Assembly: GCA_965198285.1 (NCBI GenBank)
Contig: OZ240251.1
Span: forward strand, 821,752-885,751
Direction of reading: 5' to 3'
Origin: Chloroflexota bacterium
GTDB taxonomy: Bacteria > Chloroflexota > UBA11872
DNA length: 64,000 nt
In this document: piece after piece, positions 56,818 to 64,000 of the stretch
How the letters are laid out: the number at the start of each line of letters is the position of its first letter
How positions within the stretch are numbered: position 1 is the stretch's first letter
The notes under the pieces: generated by a model
Database searches by the model: none
What the model saw: the letters and a program-made list of their open reading frames with translations, nothing else
Told to the model about the DNA's origin: nothing
Translations under genes and position numbers: made by a program

Positions 56818-59800
56818 TCACGCCGCGCTGGCGGCATTTCGACGCTCCGCTGCGGCCGCGGTCGACGCGTGGACGTGGCCGTTGGTCCGCTGACCGTCGG
56901 TCGGACTACCGTCCAGGCTCAGCGACAGCAGTTCGGAGACGCCGTCTTCGCGCATCGTCACCCCGTAGACCGTGGAGGCCGCCTCAACCGTCAAGGCGTT
57001 GTGGGTGATGAGCAGAATCTGCGTCCGCTGGCTCAGGTCGTGAACCTGGCGGCAAAACCGCAGCACGTTCTGATCGTCCAGTGCGGCGTCCACTTCGTCC
57101 AGGACGCAGAACGGCGGCGGGCGGATTTTCAGCAGCGCCAGGATCAGCGCCGCCGCAACCAGCGCCCGCTCCCCGCCCGACAGCGCGGCCAGTTGCTGCG
57201 GCCGTTTGCCGGGCGTGCGCACCGAGAACTCCACCCCGGTCTGTTCGATGTCGTTGGGCGACGTCAACGTCATGTGCGCCTCGCCGCCGCCAAACAGGTC
57301 CGTGAATGTCGTGCTGAACGCCGCGTTCATGGTCTCAAACGTCTCCATGAATTCAGCATGCAACTGATGTTGCAGGTCGCGCGCCAGCGTCTGCAGGTTG
57401 GTTTCGGCGCCCTCCAGGTCCGCGATTTGCTGCCGGGCGTCCTCGGCCCGGCCGCGTTCGCGCTCGTACTCCGCCGGCGCCAGCGGGTTGATCGGCCCTA
57501 GCCTGTCCAGCATCCGCCGCAGGTCGGCCGTCCGCCGTTCGATCTGACCGATGGGAGTCGCCGTCTTTTCCGCCTGCAGACGGTCGATACCCAGATCGTC
57601 GCGCGCCTGGGCCCGAATTTCAGCCCGTCGTTCCACCAGCCGCTCGGTCTCGCGCTGCGCCGCCGCCACGTCCGCCGTAGCCCGTGCCTGCTCCTCCGCT
57701 CGCCGTTCGGTCTGCATCTGGAGCCGCTGCAGGTCCAGGCGGGCTTCCAGCGCCTCGGTTTCCAGCCGGCGCACGCGCACGTCGTCAGGCTGCTGGTCGC
57801 TGTCGGAATCGCCGTCCATCTCGGCCAGGGCGGCGGTCGCGGCGTCGCGCGAACGCTCGGTTTCCAGGCGTTCGTGCTCAAGGGTGTCCGCCTCGGTCCG
57901 CGCCTCGGCCTCTGCCGTCGTTCGCTGGGCCGCCTGCGCTCGCAGTTCAGCGGCGCGGCGCTGGTTCACGCCCAGCGCGGCCTCCAGGGCTGCCAGCCGT
58001 GCCTCGGCCTGGGCCGTGCCGGCCGCGGCGCCGCCTGCCTGATCGAGGTCCTCGCTCAGACGCGCGACCTCGCGCTCGGATTCGTCAATCCGTGGCGCCA
58101 GCGCCTGCAGGCGCTGCTCGACCTCGACCAGGCGCTCGTGCGTGTCTCGCTGTTGTCCGCCGGTGGCCCGAGCTTCGCCGTCGAGCCGCTGGTGCCGTCG
58201 CGCGGCCTCGCTAGCCGCCGTGTGGGCGCGGTGGTGTGCGCGCGTCGCGTCGGCGCTGCCCGCTTGGGCGTCGAGCAGAGCCGCGTCCGCGGCACGCAAG
58301 GCCGTGGCTGCGGCCGCCGCGGTCGCTTCCATCTGCGGCTGCCGCTGTCGTGCCTCGCGCAGCGCCCGCTCCACGGCGCTGAGTCGCCTGCCGACATTCC
58401 GGTCCGCCGAATCGTGGACGCTCAGCCGAACGGTTCCGTCGACGTCGATGGCGGCGCCGTCCAAGGTGACGATCTGATAGGTGGCAAGGTCGGAATGGTG
58501 CTGGCGCACACGTAGCGCGGCGCCCAGATTCGCGGCCACCAGCACGCGGTTCAGCAACCGTCGCACCAGATCCGCATCGGGGCCGGCGGCGTCCACCATG
58601 TCGGCCAGCGTGCCGCGCAGGCCCTCCGTCCGCTGTTCGACCAGGTCGCCTTCGTACGGCCATCCCCGGAACCCGACGGCTGGGCGCCAGCGCAGTCGCG
58701 TCAGACGTAGGTCATGCGCGGCGTCGCGCAGCCCGGACCCGTCCTCCGGCGTCGCCACCAGCAGCGTGTCGAGGCCGCCTGGAAATGCGGCTTCAAATAA
58801 CCGAGCGGCGTCTGGGCTGCGTGGACGTATTCGATCTCGCAACCGACCAATAACCGTGGCAGGCACGGCGGCTTGCAACGCTCGCAACGCCTCGTCCGTT
58901 CCGCCGGTCTGCGTGTGCGCGTCCTGCAGCGCGTCCAGTTCGCGCTCGAGCGAGGCGCTGGCTTCGGTGGCGGCGCGCAGGTCCGCTCGCGCCCTGGCCT
59001 CGGCGTGTTGCGCGGCTCGCGCCGCGTCCATCGCGGCTCGCTGCGTTCCGGCCGCCTCATCCAGCGTTGCCGTGGCCGCGTGGGCGTCACACTCCGCCGC
59101 GTGCGCGGACGCTCGCGTAGCCTCGGCCTGCTGGCGCGCATCGTCCGCCTGGCCCGCCAACCGCGCCAGCCTGGTCTCCAACGTCTCGCGTTCGCCGGAC
59201 AGGTTCCGTCGCCGCTCGCGTAGCGATGCGCGCCGGTCGCGCGCGCTGGCGAGCTGGCTGGCCATTGTTTGCATCCGCTGCCGGCGTTCACGTTCCGGCG
59301 CCAGGGTTTCCAGCAGCCGCTGCCGCTCGCCTTGCACCTGCGCCATGTGCGCGTCCAATTCCGCCAGCGACTGCCGGGCGACCTGCGCTTCCTGCGCCAG
59401 CGCGTCGGCGCGCGCCGCCTGGCTCGCACTCCTCGCGCTCAGGTCGGCGTGTCGGCTCTCCAGGTGACCATGCCGTTCCACCAGCCTTGCGCGTTGCGTC
59501 GCACGCCGCGCGGCCGCTTGCCGAGCTTCCTCAAGCTGCCGCCGCGCGCCCGCGAGTTCCCGCTCCAGTTCACCGCTGTGCAGCGAAGCCTGGGCGGCCT
59601 GCCGGCGCAGTTCTTCCGCCGGTTCCGCCAGCAGCGCCGCCAGCTGGTCGCTGGCCTGTTGCTCGCGCGTTTCCGCGGTCTCGAGCTGTCGGTTCACCGT
59701 GAAGAGCCGGTGCTGTGCAAGCCTTGTTTGACCGTCGCGCAGTTCGCGTTGCAGGTCCGATCCGCGCTCGGCGACCTGGGCCTGCTGGTGCAAGGTGTCC

Positions 59801-60405
59801 AGCCGGGACGCGACCTCCGCCGCCAGGTCGCGCAGACGCTGGAGATTGCGCCGCGTCTCCGTCAGGCGGCGCCATGCCTGATCCCGTCGCGCATAGAACC
59901 GGGCCACCCCCGCCGCTTCTTCCAGAAACGCCCGCCGATCCTCAGGACGCTGCTGCAACATCTGATCGACCTGGCCCTGATTGATCACCGAGTGCCCGCC
60001 GTGGCTTGCGGCCCCTGCGCTCATCAGGTCCAGCACGTCCCGCAGGCGGACCCGCGCCCCGTTGATCGTGTACTCCGACGCGCCCGACCTGAACAAACGC
60101 CGCCCGATTACGACCTCGCTGAACTCCGTGGGCAGCCAGTCGGCGGCGTTGTCAAAGGTCAGTCGCACGTCGGCCATGCCGGTCCGCGACCGCGACTCCG
60201 AGCCCCCGAAAATGACGTCCTCCGCCCGGCGGATGCGTAGCAGGCGCGGAGTCTGTTCGCCCATTGCCCAGCGGATGGCGTCCGAGAGGTTGCTCTTGCC
60301 CGCACCGTTCGGCCCCACGATGGCCGTCACGCCGGGCCGAAACTCCAGCGTCGTGCGCCGCGGGAACGTCTTGAACCCCTGAAGTTCAATCCGCTGCAGG
60401 TACAT
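56818..60405 (-). CDS. smc: chromosome segregation protein SMC
   Basis: N-terminal Walker A GPNGAGKSN, long coiled coils with a hinge, and a C-terminal signature region. Confidence 0.95.
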   Translation of the reverse strand: MYLQRIELQGFKTFPRRTTLEFRPGVTAIVGPNGAGKSNLSDAIRWAMGEQTPRLLRIRRAEDVIFGGSESRSRTGMADVRLTFDNAADWLPTEFSEVVIGRRLFRSGASEYTINGARVRLRDVLDLMSAGAASHGGHSVINQGQVDQMLQQRPEDRRAFLEEAAGVARFYARRDQAWRRLTETRRNLQRLRDLAAEVASRLDTLHQQAQVAERGSDLQRELRDGQTRLAQHRLFTVNRQLETAETREQQASDQLAALLAEPAEELRRQAAQASLHSGELERELAGARRQLEEARQAAARRATQRARLVERHGHLESRHADLSARSASQAARADALAQEAQVARQSLAELDAHMAQVQGERQRLLETLAPERERRQRMQTMASQLASARDRRASLRERRRNLSGERETLETRLARLAGQADDARQQAEATRASAHAAECDAHAATATLDEAAGTQRAAMDAARAAQHAEARARADLRAATEASASLERELDALQDAHTQTGGTDEALRALQAAVPATVIGRLRDRIRPRSPDAARLFEAAFPGGLDTLLVATPEDGSGLRDAAHDLRLTRLRWRPAVGFRGWPYEGDLVEQRTEGLRGTLADMVDAAGPDADLVRRLLNRVLVAANLGAALRVRQHHSDLATYQIVTLDGAAIDVDGTVRLSVHDSADRNVGRRLSAVERALREARQRQPQMEATAAAAATALRAADAALLDAQAGSADATRAHHRAHTAASEAARRHQRLDGEARATGGQQRDTHERLVEVEQRLQALAPRIDESEREVARLSEDLDQAGGAAAGTAQAEARLAALEAALGVNQRRAAELRAQAAQRTTAEAEARTEADTLEHERLETERSRDAATAALAEMDGDSDSDQQPDDVRVRRLETEALEARLDLQRLQMQTERRAEEQARATADVAAAQRETERLVERRAEIRAQARDDLGIDRLQAEKTATPIGQIERRTADLRRMLDRLGPINPLAPAEYERERGRAEDARQQIADLEGAETNLQTLARDLQHQLHAEFMETFETMNAAFSTTFTDLFGGGEAHMTLTSPNDIEQTGVEFSVRTPGKRPQQLAALSGGERALVAAALILALLKIRPPPFCVLDEVDAALDDQNVLRFCRQVHDLSQRTQILLITHNALTVEAASTVYGVTMREDGVSELLSLSLDGSPTDGQRTNGHVHASTAAAAERRNAASAA

Positions 60406-61129
60406 CCGTCACACCTTCGGCGTCATCTATCGCCGTCAGGGCCGCGCACGCGGCCGCCTGTTCCGCACGCTGCTTACTTGAGCCTTGGCCCGAGGCCAGC
60501 ACCGCGTCGCCGGCTCGAACCGCCATCGTGAACAGTCGGTGGTGGTCAGGACCCTGCACGGATACCAGCTCGTATGCGGGCGTTGCGCTCTGCTGGGACT
60601 GCAGGAGTTCCTGCAGTTGCGATTTGAAGTCCTTGGCCGGGCCTTCCCAACCGTAGCGGTCGAGCTCGCGGATCAGGATGGGGCTCAGCAGCTCGCGCAG
60701 CACGTCGAGCCCCTGATCCAGGTAGACCGCGCCCAGCACCGCTTCCAACGTCCGCCCAAGCACGCTTGCGCGCGTGCGGCCTCCGCTAAGGTCCTCGCCG
60801 CGTCCCAGCTGAACGAACTCGCCCAGTCCCAATTCCTCGCCAATTTCGCCCAACGACGCCAGGTTCACCAGGGACGCCCGCGCGTGCGTTAGCCGGCCTT
60901 CCGCGCGGTCCGGGTAGCGCCGGTACAACAGTTCCGCGGTCACCAGGCCCAGCGCCGCGTCGCCCAGAAACTCCAGGCGCTCATTGCAGTCCGCGTCCGC
61001 CAGGTCGGCTTCGTTGACGAGCGATCGGTGCACCAGGGCCTGCGCCAGCAATGACTGTTCCTTGAACTGAATGCCCAGGCGCGCCTGCAAACGCTCCAGC
61101 GTCGCGTCGTCGAGTTCCAGATTCGCCAT
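60386..61129 (-). CDS. rnc: ribonuclease III
   Basis: ERLEFLGDAALGL RNase III signature plus a C-terminal dsRBD. Confidence 0.9.
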   Translation of the reverse strand: MANLELDDATLERLQARLGIQFKEQSLLAQALVHRSLVNEADLADADCNERLEFLGDAALGLVTAELLYRRYPDRAEGRLTHARASLVNLASLGEIGEELGLGEFVQLGRGEDLSGGRTRASVLGRTLEAVLGAVYLDQGLDVLRELLSPILIRELDRYGWEGPAKDFKSQLQELLQSQQSATPAYELVSVQGPDHHRLFTMAVRAGDAVLASGQGSSKQRAEQAAACAALTAIDDAEGVTDVPAAD

Positions 61130-61262
61130 GACTCAGGCGCGCGCTGATCGGCAGTGCCGGAAGAGTCGGTGAGCTACGGAACTGGCGTCGGAACGGCCCG
61201 CGGGAGTGGGCTGGAGGAGGCGTGTCGCGTTCAGCGCGGCCGTGCCTCCTCTCGCCTCCCGA

Positions 61263-62219
61263 TCATGCGCTCTGCGCGGCGGCCTGTTCCTGCACGCTCA
61301 GACACCACCCACGATACTTCGCCGAGCGGCCGCGCACGATGTCGAAATAGATGTCCTGCAAGGCACCGGTCACCGGACCGATCTCCCCGTCGCCAATGAT
61401 GCGTCCGTCGACTTCCCGCACCGGCGAGATCTGCGCGCCCGTCCCCACCAGGAACAGCTCGTCCGCGATATACAGCTCCGTACGGTCGATCGGCCGCTCG
61501 ATGGTCTCGATCCCCAGGTCGTCAAGCGCAATCTGCATCACCGTGGCGCGCGTCACGCCTTCCAGGATGTCCTCGCTCAGCGACGGCGTCAGCAGCTTGC
61601 CGTGTCGCACGATGAACAGGTTCTCGCCCGAACCCTCGCTCACGTGGCCGTCGTGCGTCAGCATGATCGCCTCGTCGAACCCGGCTTCCAGCGCTTCCGT
61701 CTTGGCCAGCGACGAGTTGACGTAAATCCCGGTCACCTTGCCCCGCGCCGGGATCATGTTGTCGTTGACCCGCCGCCAGGCTGAGATCGTGCAGCGGATC
61801 GGCTTCTCGATGTCCAGGTAGTTGCCGAACGGCAGCGCGAACAGCGTGAACCCGTTCTCGATCGGCCGCAGGCCGTCCGGCCCCATCGCCACCATGTTCA
61901 GCCCGACCTGCAGCGCGCTCTTGAACGCCAGCGGCCGCACGTAGACATCCTCGCGGAACTTGCCGGCCCTGAGCACGTTGACGCAGATCTCCACCAGCTC
62001 GTCGACCGAATAGTCGATGCCGATCCGCAGGATTCGGCCCGACTGGTGCATGCGCTCGAAATGCTCGCGTACGCGGAACAGCAGCAACTGCTCCTCGTCG
62101 TCGTCCCAGTAGGCGCGGATCCCCTCGAACACGCCGGTCCCATAGTTCAGCGCGTGCGTCATCACGCTGACCTTGGCGTCCGCCAGATCCATGTATTCGC
62201 CGTTAAGAAACGCTTGCAT
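61263..62219 (-). CDS. ilvE: branched-chain amino acid aminotransferase
   Basis: Fold-type IV PLP enzyme blocks (EGIRAY, GTGAQISPV...). Confidence 0.9.
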   Translation of the reverse strand: MQAFLNGEYMDLADAKVSVMTHALNYGTGVFEGIRAYWDDDEEQLLLFRVREHFERMHQSGRILRIGIDYSVDELVEICVNVLRAGKFREDVYVRPLAFKSALQVGLNMVAMGPDGLRPIENGFTLFALPFGNYLDIEKPIRCTISAWRRVNDNMIPARGKVTGIYVNSSLAKTEALEAGFDEAIMLTHDGHVSEGSGENLFIVRHGKLLTPSLSEDILEGVTRATVMQIALDDLGIETIERPIDRTELYIADELFLVGTGAQISPVREVDGRIIGDGEIGPVTGALQDIYFDIVRGRSAKYRGWCLSVQEQAAAQSA

Positions 62220-62433
62220 GAGAACCCCCGCCGAGGGGCTGACGCCCGCGGAACATGCCCGGCCGCGCGACGGTTACCTCACCGTCGCGGACGGGCCGAA
62301 TGGTATCACCGAGCCTGCGCCGGGCCGCAGTCTGAGGCGGCCCGTGTCGAGCCACTCCGTTGCACCACCCCTGCTCCAGCAGCTCCCGCGCCGGGTACTC
62401 GACATGATGGAACTCGATGAGTTTTCCGCGTGG

Positions 62434-62805
62434 TCAGGGGCTCTCCCTGCGCGAGTCTTCCAGCATCTTTCGCAGCTGCGGCAGCATGTTTGGGATCGCA
62501 TCTTGAATTATCGACCAGACAATGACGTCACTAATGTGCAAGTAGGAGTGTGCGAGGCGGTTTCGGACCCCTACGACTGCGCGCCAGGGAATCATCGGAT
62601 ACGACTCACGAACCTCGGCTGGGATGTTTGTCGCCGCCTCACCAATCAGTTGGATGTTGCGCAACGTGGCGTCATAGGTGAGACCGTCGGCCACAAAGGC
62701 GTCCTGATCCAATCCATCGGTATACGACATGACTTTCTCGGCGAACTCAATCATGTCCTGAACGTATAGATCCCAGCCGCGCCCGTCGTCGCGGGTCTCA
62801 GACAT
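62434..62805 (-). CDS. hepT: HepT-family (DUF86) toxin
   Basis: Rx4HxY motif RNRLAHSY. 8-nt overlap with the upstream mntA. Confidence 0.8.
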   Translation of the reverse strand: MSETRDDGRGWDLYVQDMIEFAEKVMSYTDGLDQDAFVADGLTYDATLRNIQLIGEAATNIPAEVRESYPMIPWRAVVGVRNRLAHSYLHISDVIVWSIIQDAIPNMLPQLRKMLEDSRRESP

Positions 62806-63088
62806 CCATGGCTTCCCGTTCCACGCGCGGGCGCATCTCGGCCCGCACGTCCTCCCGGGTCACCATCTCCACCGGTCGCTGTAGCAGGTCTTCCAGGTAG
62901 AACTGGGCGCCGAAGTAGGTTCGCCAGTTCGGGGCAGCGTCGAACCGGACCAGGATGTCCACGTCGCTTCCGTCCGTCGCCTGATCCCGCGCGAACGAGC
63001 CGAACAAGGCAAGCTCCACCACGCCGAACCGCTCCGCCAGCGTCGGCCGGTGGGCGCGCAGCGCGTCCAACACCTCCGCTCGGGTCAT
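62798..63088 (-). CDS. mntA: MntA-family nucleotidyltransferase antitoxin
   Basis: NTase motif GSFARDQATDGSDVDILV. Confidence 0.8.
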   Translation of the reverse strand: MTRAEVLDALRAHRPTLAERFGVVELALFGSFARDQATDGSDVDILVRFDAAPNWRTYFGAQFYLEDLLQRPVEMVTREDVRAEMRPRVEREAMDV

Positions 63089-63240
63089 GCAGTCACCCCG
63101 TCTCCATCATCACCTTCGACGAGACTGGCAGAAGCGGCCAACCTCAGCCTCATCTACCCGTCGCCAACGCCATCTGACACCCACACAGCCCCATGCGCCA
63201 GCACACACCAGCCAGCCTAGCCCAGGCCGTCAGCTAGCCT

Positions 63241-63780
63241 TCATTCGTAGCCAGCCGGAACCGCTGCCTCGAAGACCTGCCGCCGCATGAACACCAGGTC
63301 GCCCCGCAGATCAAAGCTCTCGTAATACCGCTCGAATCCCCACTTCGCGTACAGCCGTCGTGCGTTCTCGTTCGGCCGATCCACCCCGATCGAAACGTGC
63401 GTGCATCCGCGCTCCGAGGCCAGCGCCGACGCGCTGCGCACCAGCCCCTCCGCCACGCCCAGCCGCCGGAACTCCGGCATCACCACCAGCGTATGCACAT
63501 AGACCACCGCCAGCCCGGCCTCGATTTCAGGGTCGATGTGCCGCAGCCGCACCCAGAGTTGCCCGATGGCATGACCGTTGAAATTCGCCACCAGCCCCCG
63601 CTGCACCCCATCCGCCTGCTCGCGGAAATAGCGCCGCAGATGCCGCAACCGCGCGGTGGTGCCCTTGGGCCCCCACAGGTCGCTCAGCCGGCGCAGCTCG
63701 TCCACCCGCGCCGTCCGCAGGGTGACAGGCACATCGATCGTGACCAGATGCCGACCGTCCGCCGCCCGTTCCACGCTCAT
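63241..63780 (-). CDS. GNAT family N-acetyltransferase
   Basis: Acetyl-CoA binding block LVVMPEFRRLGVAEGLV. Confidence 0.8.
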   Translation of the reverse strand: MSVERAADGRHLVTIDVPVTLRTARVDELRRLSDLWGPKGTTARLRHLRRYFREQADGVQRGLVANFNGHAIGQLWVRLRHIDPEIEAGLAVVYVHTLVVMPEFRRLGVAEGLVRSASALASERGCTHVSIGVDRPNENARRLYAKWGFERYYESFDLRGDLVFMRRQVFEAAVPAGYE

Positions 63781-63983
63781 CGCCTCTCCCGCGCCTGGAA
63801 GCCGTAGGAGCGTACTTCGTTCCGACTTCGCCTGACCGCCAAGTTCAAGAGGCGGAACCCGGCGTAAGGCGCGCCGGTCGGAACACCGCTTCGAACGGCG
63901 CGCAAGCTATCCATCACCGTGCGAGCCTTACCGGCCACCTGAAACCCTGAGACTGAAACGCTGATGCGCATCGGCATGGTCAC
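63777..63983 (-). CDS. small hypothetical protein (68 aa), 4-nt overlap with the GNAT gene
   Basis: ORF only, no motif. Near the window edge. Confidence 0.25.
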   Translation of the reverse strand: MTMPMRISVSVSGFQVAGKARTVMDSLRAVRSGVPTGAPYAGFRLLNLAVRRSRNEVRSYGFQARERR

Positions 63984-64000
63984 CCTCTGCTCCCTGCGCG

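Noticed and set aside
55516-57501. 661-aa ORF on the plus strand (plus similar long antisense ORFs at 46845-49148, 29506-31032, 41845-42882, 3125-4015 and 37178-38034)
   Set aside because: They lie antisense to strongly supported genes (smc, secA, the DUF3604-like gene, rho, the helicase, ffh). They have Arg/Gly/Ala/Pro-biased low-complexity translations typical of shadow ORFs in 70% GC DNA. None has a recognisable motif.
1-64000. CRISPR arrays, IS elements/transposases, rRNA genes
   Set aside because: No regularly spaced short repeats, no transposase or integrase-like ORFs, and no rRNA-like conserved stretches were seen on reading both strands.

Overview
About 69-70% GC chromosomal segment from a high-GC bacterium (lineage not determined). 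The right half is housekeeping: ffh, rho, rplI, dnaB, secA-prfB, ftsE-ftsX, smc, rnc, ilvE, pyrE and pfk, with two tRNAs (Arg-CCT and Glu-CTC, both on the minus strand). The left half and several pockets look accessory. They hold a leaderless higBA module with a palindromic operator, an orphan HigA, a DrrAB-like ABC exporter, a Fic protein, a HepT/MntA pair, and a duplicated pair of large beta-propeller + PHP/DUF3604-like proteins. They also hold two low-GC segments: one at 9.4-12.0 kb that encodes a SAMHD1-like HD dNTPase (frameshifted) translationally coupled to a Panacea (DUF4065)-like protein, and one at 35.3-37.4 kb abutting the 3' end of tRNA-Glu. Recoding and unusual-start signals stand out. 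The prfB +1 frameshift site is intact. A TlpA/ResA-like lipoprotein has an in-frame TGA exactly at the first Cys of its CxxC motif (selenocysteine candidate). At least three genes lack any ATG/GTG/TTG upstream of conserved N-terminal motifs (probable CTG starts). Many long antisense ORFs in the supplied track are GC-driven shadows and are not reported as genes.
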